From: Candidatus Woesebacteria bacterium RIFCSPLOWO2_01_FULL_39_61
GTDB lineage: Bacteria; Patescibacteriota; Microgenomatia; UBA8517
Direction: 5' to 3'
Assembly: GCA_001793155.1 (NCBI GenBank)
Contig: MGHI01000005.1
Coordinates: forward strand, 23 to 64,022
DNA: 64,000 nucleotides
Shown in pieces: positions 20,404 through 27,835 of the stretch (its first letter is position 1; each line of letters opens with the position of its first letter). The position numbers and the translations under genes were made by a program. The notes beneath the pieces are model-generated. The model was not told where the DNA came from, searched no databases, and saw only the letters and a program-made list of their open reading frames with translations.

Positions 20404-20991
20404 ATGATGAAGGTCAAGGATCCTCGATACGATTACCATATCACAGTTTCCGCTCATTTATTGTTGAAAACAGTAGACAATCAAATACTTATGGCAAAAC
20501 GTCCAGAGACTTGGGAGTGGGCACCAGGAAGGTGGGGATTACCTGGAGGAAAGATTTATCAGTTTGAAACTTTCATGGATGCTATTAAAAGAAAAACAAG
20601 ACAAGAGCTTGGTTTTGAGTTGATGCCTGATGGTTTATATCAGATAAAGCAACTAATAATTAAGGACAAACAAGCCTTTATGTATTTTTTCTCAGCAAAG
20701 TATGAAGGACAGGAATTGACGGGAGAAATGACAGATTACAAATGGTTTGGTATAAAAGATTTAAATGAATTTCCGTCAAACAAATTCGCAGAATATTTTT
20801 ACAAAAAGATGCTTTCCGAGTTTTTAGTAAAAGACGCTAAGTTGCTACCAATGGAGGTGGTTGATAGTTTAAATTATATAAAGTTAAGTGACACCAAAAA
20901 TTATAAAGATTGGTTTGAGGGAATAATAAACAAGGATTACGATCCAAATAAGGTGGCAGACTTTAAAAAGTGGAAGAAAGTTAAAAAATAA
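20404..20991 (+). CDS. NUDIX hydrolase (degenerate Nudix box)
   Basis: WGLPGGKI..ETFMDAIKRKTRQELG. Confidence 0.8.
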   Translation: MMKVKDPRYDYHITVSAHLLLKTVDNQILMAKRPETWEWAPGRWGLPGGKIYQFETFMDAIKRKTRQELGFELMPDGLYQIKQLIIKDKQAFMYFFSAKYEGQELTGEMTDYKWFGIKDLNEFPSNKFAEYFYKKMLSEFLVKDAKLLPMEVVDSLNYIKLSDTKNYKDWFEGIINKDYDPNKVADFKKWKKVKK

Positions 20992-21022
20992 TTTGTCCTA
21001 GACTTAGCTTCGGAGTAAAATT

Positions 21023-21694
21023 TTGATGATGGCGAGCTATATTATTTTTTCTCCAACCTTCCTTATTGTTGCAAATTGGTTTCAACTTTTTACTTTTGTT
21101 TCTGCTTTTGGGAAAGGAAAAGTTGGAAGGAAAAAACTGGAAGATAAGTGGGTATATGAAACTGTCCTAAAGAAGACCGGTTTAAAACTTTCCGGTGTTA
21201 CACTTTTCCGCGATGAAAAGATGTACGGGATGATGGCAGGACTTCCTTTCTGGCCAAAGATGATATTGTCAGAGGGCTTGTATAAAGCTTTAAACAAAGA
21301 CGAATTGGAATGGGTGATTTTGCACGAAGCAGGGCATTGTGTTTTATGGCACAATTTAAAAGCATTTCTTATCGAGTTGTCTATTCTCATCTGCGGAATA
21401 CTTTTTATCTACTTTTATAAATTAAATTTTCTCGGAGGGTTTTTATTGGCGATAGTCTCAGGCCTTTTGTGTATTCAGGCAATTCGTTGGCTTATTGAAT
21501 ATCAGGCAGATAAATTTTCTATCGAAAGAGTTGATAATCCGGAAGGTGTAATAACAGCACAAGAAAAATTCAAAAACGCCACAGATAAGAATTTATTTAG
21601 CTCGGAAAAAAGTTTAGGAAGATTTTTACTTCACTGGAATATTTATCCAGGAAAGAGAATCGAGATGGCGAAATCGAGACTTTCTTCAAATTAG
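21023..21694 (+). CDS. M48/M56-family membrane zinc metallopeptidase
   Basis: ELEWVILHEAGH, EYQAD, P..RI; ends LSSN* inside repeat A. Confidence 0.8.
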   Translation: MMMASYIIFSPTFLIVANWFQLFTFVSAFGKGKVGRKKLEDKWVYETVLKKTGLKLSGVTLFRDEKMYGMMAGLPFWPKMILSEGLYKALNKDELEWVILHEAGHCVLWHNLKAFLIELSILICGILFIYFYKLNFLGGFLLAIVSGLLCIQAIRWLIEYQADKFSIERVDNPEGVITAQEKFKNATDKNLFSSEKSLGRFLLHWNIYPGKRIEMAKSRLSSN

Positions 21695-21738
21695 CTTTGT
21701 GTGTGGGGAAAGACCCATTTCCTCCGCGGTTCAGAATT

Positions 21739-22017
21739 TTAAGTGAATTTGATTTCGAGCTTCTTATCGAGAGCTGAAGCGATTTTTTGGAGTAAACCAA
21801 TTGAAGGACTTACGGTCATATTTTCAATTCTAGAAAGAACAGCTTGAGTTGTCTTGGCTCTTTTGGCAAGTTCTCGCTGAGATATTTTTCCCTCAATACG
21901 AGCTTTAATAAGCTCTCTTGTAATCTCGAATTGGGGTTGTAATTTATCCCACTCCTTTTTGAACTTAGGATTTTTTAGTTGCTTTTTCAGATAGTCATCA
22001 AAAGTTTTATCTTTCAT
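21739..22017 (-). CDS. XRE-family HTH antitoxin (HigA-like)
   Basis: LIKARIEGKISQRELAKRAKTTQAVLSRIEN..PSI..LQKIA. Confidence 0.88.
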   Translation of the reverse strand: MKDKTFDDYLKKQLKNPKFKKEWDKLQPQFEITRELIKARIEGKISQRELAKRAKTTQAVLSRIENMTVSPSIGLLQKIASALDKKLEIKFT

Positions 22018-22050
22018 ATTAGATGATGATATCTTTTTAGATATCGCATG

Positions 22051-22395
22051 TCAAGTGCTTCTTGCCAAGATTTCTTGATACCTGCTTAAGGCGAGCTTTA
22101 TTTCTTTTATTGGAGTCTTTTGTTTTTTCTTAGCAAAAATATGTAAAACCTTTACTTCTTTGTATGGCAAAGATATGCAAAAGATACGAATATTATCTTT
22201 TCCTAGAATCCTAACTTCCCATAAAGGTGTATTTGTGATCTTTTTTAAATCTGGAACATCTCTGGCCAAACCGAATACTTTAATGTAATGTATCTTTGTT
22301 AATATTTTAGCTCTTACAGATTCTTCGATTGAGTTTAAGTATTCCTCTATAGGAGAAACATTTCCAGAAAAAGTGTAAAAACTCACTTTATACAT
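22051..22395 (-). CDS. RelE/HigB (Gp49-like) toxin
   Basis: LWEVRI..NIRIF..LHIFAKKKQKTP..EI..A; lies upstream of the HTH gene. Confidence 0.85.
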   Translation of the reverse strand: MYKVSFYTFSGNVSPIEEYLNSIEESVRAKILTKIHYIKVFGLARDVPDLKKITNTPLWEVRILGKDNIRIFCISLPYKEVKVLHIFAKKKQKTPIKEIKLALSRYQEILARST

Positions 22396-22495
22396 GTAAA
22401 TTCAGAATAGCACAAGTAGAACCCATTTCCTCCCCACCAGAGGCGGGCAAGCGCGGCTTCTGGATTTTCCGAAAGGTTGATATACTTCAAACAGA

Positions 22496-23059
22496 ATGAA
22501 TAAGAGTTTGGTAAATAAAGTTCAAAAATGGGTTGAAGAAATTTATTCTAATGCAGGCCATTTGGTAAGGACAGGATATTGGGTTAAAAGATTATATCCC
22601 GAGGCAGATGATGCTCTGATTATTGCAGCTATTTCTCATGATATTGAGAGAGCTTACAAGAAGGGCGGAAAGCCTCCATCACCTGAAGGGAAAGGTGCGA
22701 AATGGGATGATCCTGTGTATGACAAGTGGCACTCGGAGCGCTCCGCTGGCTTTGTTTCGGAATTTCTTCGTAAGGAAGGAGCAGCCGAGAGTATGATCAA
22801 AGAGATTTCAAAATTGATAAGCCACCACGAGCATGGAGGATGGAGAGAGGCCGATTTTCTAAGAGACGCCGATTCCTTAAGTTTTCTCGAAATCAATGTC
22901 GACATGTTTATTTCCCGAATTCCTGACCAACTCACAAAGGATGAAGTGAGAGAAAAGTTTGACTACATGTTTAATCGAATCGGAAGCGAGAAAGCAAAGA
23001 AAATTGCAAAACCTCTTTACAAAAAAGCAATCGAAAAATTAAATAAGATAAAAGATTAG
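22496..23059 (+). CDS. HD-domain protein (DUF4202-like)
   Basis: H..RT, AAISHDIER, HSERSA, HHE, DADSLSF. Confidence 0.8.
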   Translation: MNKSLVNKVQKWVEEIYSNAGHLVRTGYWVKRLYPEADDALIIAAISHDIERAYKKGGKPPSPEGKGAKWDDPVYDKWHSERSAGFVSEFLRKEGAAESMIKEISKLISHHEHGGWREADFLRDADSLSFLEINVDMFISRIPDQLTKDEVREKFDYMFNRIGSEKAKKIAKPLYKKAIEKLNKIKD

Positions 23060-23095
23060 AAGTACCCATCTCCTCCCGCTTCTGTATAATTGTTT

Positions 23096-23347
23096 ATGTC
23101 TAAGTCCGTTGCTGTTGGAATTTTATTTGGGATCTTGTTGGGTATTGTATTACAATTCATTTACCCGAAATTATTAAGTTTGGAGGTTTTGTTCAACTCA
23201 TCATTAAGGCAACAAACGGGTGTACCCCAATACCCTCAGTATGGTTCCGGATCTATATTTGCAGTTGGGTTTTTGACGCCTCTGATTTTTGGAATAATTG
23301 GGGGATTAACCGGCCTGATAATATCTAAATTAACTCGCAAACCATAA
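23096..23347 (+). CDS. Small two-TM hypothetical protein
   Basis: Hydrophobic ORF; TGTATAAT 5 nt before ATG. Confidence 0.55.
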   Translation: MSKSVAVGILFGILLGIVLQFIYPKLLSLEVLFNSSLRQQTGVPQYPQYGSGSIFAVGFLTPLIFGIIGGLTGLIISKLTRKP

Positions 23348-23493
23348 CACCTCTTCTTTACTCTGCAACTTCGAATAATATTCTAAAATTTATGTTGTAA
23401 AATCTAATTGGATAAAGGAAAGGAGTTAAAATTAATAATTATCCTTCACAATCAAGTCCTATAAATTCGGTTTCAAATATCCTTCTAAGACTA

Positions 23494-23790
23494 TTGAGAT
23501 TTTTTTCAGCACCGAAAATATTACTTTTTCTTTTTGCGGCAGCGTCTTCATTAGTTTCTTTGGGTTTGAGTCACGACATCGCTTTTTCGCTAGTCTTCGG
23601 GTGCTTTATGTTTTTGATGTTGTGGCAGATAAGTAAGAAGTGGGGAAGCGGACGGGAGACCAGACTCTTTGTCTATGGATTTGCGATCGTAATAATTTTA
23701 TTAAATTTATTGATTATTTTTCCGTGGATATCGAAATTTCTTCAGGAACTATTTTGGAAAATTTATTGCCTAACAAAGAACTTCTGTTAG
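23494..23790 (+). CDS. Small membrane hypothetical protein (start uncertain)
   Basis: 98-aa ORF with three hydrophobic segments. Confidence 0.45.
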   Translation: MRFFSAPKILLFLFAAASSLVSLGLSHDIAFSLVFGCFMFLMLWQISKKWGSGRETRLFVYGFAIVIILLNLLIIFPWISKFLQELFWKIYCLTKNFC

Positions 23791-23836
23791 AAAATATTTT
23801 TTATTAATCCGCCCCTCCACGGTTTTTTGATATAAT

Positions 23837-24193
23837 TTGGTAATGAGTATGCCAAAAGGTCCTTATTCTCCATATGTGCAAAGGGGAAATTTAATTTTTA
23901 CATCCGGCCAAATACACTTAACCCCCGACGGAACACTTCTTGAAGGAACTATTAAAGACCAGACACACCAAGTGATGAAAAATTTGGAAGGTGTTTTGAT
24001 AATTGCGGGAGTAAATTTTTCCGATGTAGTTAAAACAACAATTTACGTAACCGACATGTCTTTTTATAAAGATGTAAATGAAGTTTACGCGAGTTATTTA
24101 AGTGAACCGTATCCAGCCCGGGAAACTGTATGTGTAAGGGAATTACCTTTGGGGGCAAAGATAGAAATAAGTGTGATTGCAGTAAAAAGCTAA
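23837..24193 (+). CDS. RidA/YjgF family protein
   Basis: GPYS, FTSGQI, VVKTTIYVTDM, PARETV, LPLGAKIEI. Confidence 0.92.
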   Translation: MVMSMPKGPYSPYVQRGNLIFTSGQIHLTPDGTLLEGTIKDQTHQVMKNLEGVLIIAGVNFSDVVKTTIYVTDMSFYKDVNEVYASYLSEPYPARETVCVRELPLGAKIEISVIAVKS

Positions 24194-24232
24194 AAACCTT
24201 ACCCCGTGACTTCAGTATTATGTTTAAAAGGA

Positions 24233-24282
24233 AAACTCCGTGCAGGAAAAATTTGAGCAGGTTAGATACCTGCACGGAGTTT
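24233..24282. terminator. 14-bp perfect inverted repeat, probable bidirectional terminator
   Basis: AAACTCCGTGCAGG-N22-CCTGCACGGAGTTT. Confidence 0.6.
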
Positions 24283-24532
24283 GGTAATTAGAGACGATTA
24301 ATGCCTTGGTCGCGCGTCGTGGCGATTTTTGCGTCTGCATAAAAGCCAGATGCAATTCCACACGATCCACGCACACACCTTTGCCCAAAAACACCTTTTA
24401 ACTAAAAGTTGATATAATCGCTTTTAATAACATCCTCCACGAATTTGAGTTCGTGGTTTCCCCGGAGGGAGGATGATATATCAGGTTCAATTCCTCCCTG
24501 AATTGAAAATTCAGGGGTTCCTTGAAACTGTT

Positions 24533-24952
24533 ATGAAAAAAGAAAAAAAGAAAGTTGTCCGTGCAATTATTCTGGATGAGCAAGGTAGGGTTTTACTTGG
24601 AAAAAGAGCGCAAGGAAAAGGTGCTGGGACCTGGGCTTTGATTGGTGGTAAGCCGGATGGGAACGAAACTCCGGAGAAAACAATTATACGAGAAGTGAAG
24701 GAAGAACTCGGTATCGAATTTGACCCCCATTTCTATTTAGAAGAATTGGATAAGGAATCTTTTCCAAGAGAATTTTGGGACGTAAGATATTTTGAGGGTG
24801 GTTTTGAAGGTAAAATTTCACTTAACGAAGAAAACAGTGAAATTATGTTTGTGTCTTTGGAGGATTTAGATAATTTTGAAATTGCCTTTGATCATAAAGA
24901 GTTACTTATAAAATTTTTCAAAGGAAAATCCAAGTGTTTCAAAAAATTCTAG
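24533..24952 (+). CDS. NUDIX hydrolase (MutT-like)
   Basis: WALIGGKPDGNETPEKTIIREVKEELG; IAFDH. Confidence 0.9.
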   Translation: MKKEKKKVVRAIILDEQGRVLLGKRAQGKGAGTWALIGGKPDGNETPEKTIIREVKEELGIEFDPHFYLEELDKESFPREFWDVRYFEGGFEGKISLNEENSEIMFVSLEDLDNFEIAFDHKELLIKFFKGKSKCFKKF

Positions 24953-24961
24953 ACTAAAGAC

Positions 24962-25444
24962 ATGAAAGTTAAAACTATTTTAATGGCAATAGTTTATGCC
25001 GGCGGACTTTGGATTTTTTTACCATACCTTTTTATTTTATTAAATGATTTTTTTGGTCTACCCAGATTTACTTATCTTCCTCTCCGAGTACTGGGCGTAT
25101 TAATAATTATCTGTGTTTTACTAACTGACCTGTATCTATTTAACTTATTCAAATTTTTCGGGAAAGGAACCCCCGTTCCAGTCGAGCCAACCAACAAATT
25201 GATTCACAAGGGTCCGTACAAATATGTGCGAAACCCGATGTATGTAGGACACTCGCTGATATTTTTGGGAGAGTTTTTATTATTTGGTTACCCGACCATC
25301 CTTCTCTATATAGTTTCAGCAGGAATGGGTTTTCACCTTTTAGTTGTAAAGTGGGAGGAACCGCAATTAGTGAGGCGACTTGGTGAGCCTTATGAAAATT
25401 ATCTAAACAAAGTTCCTCGCTGGCTTCCGAAAATTTTAATCTAG
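24962..25444 (+). CDS. Isoprenylcysteine carboxyl methyltransferase/PEMT family protein
   Basis: GKGTPVP..L..GPYKYVRNPMY; EE..L...G..Y..Y...VPRW. Confidence 0.88.
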   Translation: MKVKTILMAIVYAGGLWIFLPYLFILLNDFFGLPRFTYLPLRVLGVLIIICVLLTDLYLFNLFKFFGKGTPVPVEPTNKLIHKGPYKYVRNPMYVGHSLIFLGEFLLFGYPTILLYIVSAGMGFHLLVVKWEEPQLVRRLGEPYENYLNKVPRWLPKILI

Positions 25445-25460
25445 GCAAGTATAACATTAA

Positions 25461-25970
25461 ATGAAAATTTCCGAATACAAAAAGGAAGTTAAAAAACCCT
25501 TAAGGCAGGCAACTTTATGTTTTTTGTTCCGAGAAAAAGAAATACTTTTAGCCAGAAAAAAGAGGGGGTTTGCCGAAGGGAAAATTAACGGAGTCGGAGG
25601 AAAGGTTAATGACGGTGAGGGCGTGAGAAAAGCTGCCAAAAGAGAGACTTTTGAGGAGATTGGAGTTAAGGTTGGTTCGTTAAAGCAAGTTGCTATTTTG
25701 GATTTTTATTTCATCCATAATTTCGACTGGAACCAGCAAGTTGTTGTTTTCGAGGCAAAAAAATGGCGTGGAGAGCCAAAGGAGAGTGAGGAAATGGCTC
25801 CTTTTTGGTGTCCTTTTGAAAAAATCCCTTATAAGGAAATGTGGGCTGATGACATTTTATGGCTTCCCCAGGTGTTGAAAGGAAAAAAAATTAAGGCTTC
25901 ATTTTTATTTAACGAAAAAGAAGAAATTTTGGATTATTTGGTAGAAGAAATCGATAAAGATTTAGATTAG
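25461..25970 (+). CDS. 8-oxo-dGTP diphosphatase (MTH1-like NUDIX)
   Basis: KKRGF.EGKINGVGGK..RETFEE; GEPKESEEMAP.W; IPY.EMWADD..WLP. Confidence 0.9.
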   Translation: MKISEYKKEVKKPLRQATLCFLFREKEILLARKKRGFAEGKINGVGGKVNDGEGVRKAAKRETFEEIGVKVGSLKQVAILDFYFIHNFDWNQQVVVFEAKKWRGEPKESEEMAPFWCPFEKIPYKEMWADDILWLPQVLKGKKIKASFLFNEKEEILDYLVEEIDKDLD

Positions 25971-25987
25971 TAGTAGAATACCAATTA

Positions 25988-26731
25988 ATGCAACTGAAAA
26001 ATAGGGTCGTGCTGATAACCGGTGCTTCTGGTGGAATTGGGAAAACGATTGCGCGAAAGTTTGCCAGAAAAGGATGTCGTCTTATTCTTCACTCCAAAGA
26101 CAAAGCCACTATCGAAGGTATTAGAAAAGAGCTTTGCGATAAGAAGACTGAGTGTATTAGTGTTTCTGCGGATTTCAGAAAATTAAAGGAAATAAAACTA
26201 ATGTTTGACGAAATTCGGAAGACATATTCTTCCCTGGACGTTATCGTGAATGTCTCGGGAGTAGAAAGAATTTATACAGATCCGCTCGACACGCACCAAT
26301 GGAAAGAGGTAATGGATGTAAATTTATTCGGAGCTGTGGAGTGTAGCCGCGAAGCCCTAAGGATGATGAATGGAGGTGGAGTGATAATAAATATTTCATC
26401 AGTTGCTGGAAAACCGGGTGTTGCTTATTATGGTGAGTCGTTATCTTATTCGATTTCAAAATCAGCCTTGAACACTTTTTCTGAAAACTTGGCAATAATG
26501 CTTGCTCCAAGAATTCGTGTTGTCAGCATTTCTCCGGGGCATACGTTAACACCCATGTGGAATCTTTCTTCGGAAAAAGAGAAAAAAGAATATGAGGAGA
26601 GAGTTCCTCTTAAGCGTTTTATTACACCTCAAGAAATCGCCCATGCCGTTATAGCTGTTGCCGAAAATGATGCAATAACAGGAACTAATATTGTTGTGGA
26701 TGCCGGTCTTAGCCTAAAAGAGATTAGATAG
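25988..26731 (+). CDS. Short-chain dehydrogenase/reductase
   Basis: TGASGGIG, NISS, YSISK, ISPG. Confidence 0.92.
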   Translation: MQLKNRVVLITGASGGIGKTIARKFARKGCRLILHSKDKATIEGIRKELCDKKTECISVSADFRKLKEIKLMFDEIRKTYSSLDVIVNVSGVERIYTDPLDTHQWKEVMDVNLFGAVECSREALRMMNGGGVIINISSVAGKPGVAYYGESLSYSISKSALNTFSENLAIMLAPRIRVVSISPGHTLTPMWNLSSEKEKKEYEERVPLKRFITPQEIAHAVIAVAENDAITGTNIVVDAGLSLKEIR

Positions 26732-26785
26732 TAAGATTTTCACATTCGCACATATTTTTAAAAAATTGTGGATAACTGTGAAAAA

Positions 26786-27118
26786 ATGATGAATACTAAG
26801 AAAATTCTATACAGCCTTGGTTTTACAATTCTAGGAATGATTCTTGTTTTTCTTATATGGAAAAAAGTTTTTATACTAATATTGTTTTTGCTTATGACGG
26901 CATATTTAAAACATAAAATTATACCGATTAAAAAAGAATTTATACTCTTTATTGTCAGTGGTTTGACGGGAACTTCTGTCGAGAGTTTTATTATGTTAAG
27001 CGGACCCTGGACATACACTTATAAAGACGTAGCTAATTTCCCTTTATGGTTGCCCTTCTTGTGGGGTTTAGCAGGAATTTTGGGGATTAGCCTTTATCAG
27101 GGTATAACGGATAAATAA
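26786..27118 (+). CDS. Small membrane protein (DUF2878-like)
   Basis: G.WTY..P.WLPFLWG; four hydrophobic segments. Confidence 0.6.
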   Translation: MMNTKKILYSLGFTILGMILVFLIWKKVFILILFLLMTAYLKHKIIPIKKEFILFIVSGLTGTSVESFIMLSGPWTYTYKDVANFPLWLPFLWGLAGILGISLYQGITDK

Positions 27119-27119
27119 A

Positions 27120-27278
27120 ATGCAGATAAACGCAAAATGGCATAGGGCAAACAGGATGCCTAAAAACCCGACTCTTGAGCAGAGAATTAAGTGGCATTTG
27201 GAGCATGCAAAAAATTGTAACTGCCGGCCGTTGGGAGGAAAAATTTTAGAGGAGATTAAAAAGAGGGGACTCTTATAA
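27120..27278 (+). CDS. Small His/Cys-containing protein (52 aa, below ORF-track cutoff)
   Basis: MQINAKWHRANRMPKNPTLEQRIKWHLEHAKNCNCRPLGGKILEEIKKRGLL*; starts 1 nt after the previous stop. Confidence 0.7.
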   Translation: MQINAKWHRANRMPKNPTLEQRIKWHLEHAKNCNCRPLGGKILEEIKKRGLL

Positions 27279-27304
27279 AAGTAGGTAACTACTATAGGAA
27301 TTCT

Positions 27305-27835
27305 CTATTTTTCGCTAGGGGAGAGTGATTGGAGTTTTTTAATTATTTCTTCGTGTTGTCTCCATGCAATTTTTGGTAGTTTATTTAATTTGAACCAATC
27401 GATGTTTGTGGTTTCTGTTCGGTCCTTTATTTTTAATTTGCCTTTAGCGACCACTTTATAAAAAAGTCTAAAGTGACCGGGAGCTCGCGGATCATCATCT
27501 GCCTGCGTTATTTTAATAAACCTTGCTTTTATTAGAGTTAATCCGGTTTCTTCTTTGATCTCTCTTTTCAAGGTGTCGATTGGATGTTCTCCGAAATCTA
27601 TAAAACCCGCAGGAAGATTCCATTCTTGAAAATGAGGTGGGATTCCTCTTCTTACTAAAAGGACTTTGCCCTTTTTAAATATAATCGCGTGAACAGACGA
27701 AAAAACATGAGGATAATAGACCCAACCGCATTTGGGGCAGATTTTCCTTTTCTTTTTGTCGACATCCTCTTTAAAAGATAATTTAGTCCCGCAAAGAGGG
27801 CAGAATTTGTATGTTGGGGGTTTTATATTCAGCAT
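27305..27835 (-). CDS. Zinc-ribbon NUDIX hydrolase
   Basis: FCPLCG..CPKCG; LPAGFIDFGEHP..REIKEETG. Confidence 0.9.
   Translation of the reverse strand: MLNIKPPTYKFCPLCGTKLSFKEDVDKKKRKICPKCGWVYYPHVFSSVHAIIFKKGKVLLVRRGIPPHFQEWNLPAGFIDFGEHPIDTLKREIKEETGLTLIKARFIKITQADDDPRAPGHFRLFYKVVAKGKLKIKDRTETTNIDWFKLNKLPKIAWRQHEEIIKKLQSLSPSEK

Larger units (their letters stand above)
14201..21700 (+). repeat. Repeat family A: 13 direct copies TTTGTC[CTAGGGACGTTTGACGTCC]TTCAAATTAGCTYCGGAG between cassette genes
   Basis: Copies start at about 14201, 14822, 14901, 15844, 16471, 17371, 17887, 18303, 18934, 19934, 20370, 20992, 21681; all same orientation, intergenic or overlapping a stop codon. Confidence 0.88.
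21711..24462 (+). repeat. Repeat family B: ACCCATTTCCTCC(G)CGGYTTCTG-like direct copies between cassettes
   Basis: Clear copies at 21711, 22418 (with ~18-bp insert) and 23061; degenerate at ~23806, ~24194, ~24429. Confidence 0.7.

Noticed and set aside
14201-21700. CRISPR array interpretation of repeat A
   Set aside because: Spacers are mostly 0.4-1 kb whole genes, the repeats are degenerate, and no cas genes are present.
14201-24462. Classical integron (attC) or pdif module array
   Set aside because: No RYYYAAC/GTTRRRY boxes, no XerC/XerD 11-6-11 consensus, no intI in the window, and cargo lies on both strands.
26767-26775. Perfect DnaA box (TGTGGATAA) as replication origin
   Set aside because: Single box in a short intergenic gap; no cluster or dnaA nearby.
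14201-27300. Prophage or transposon as the explanation of the accessory region
   Set aside because: No phage structural, replication, integrase or transposase genes, and no terminal repeats.
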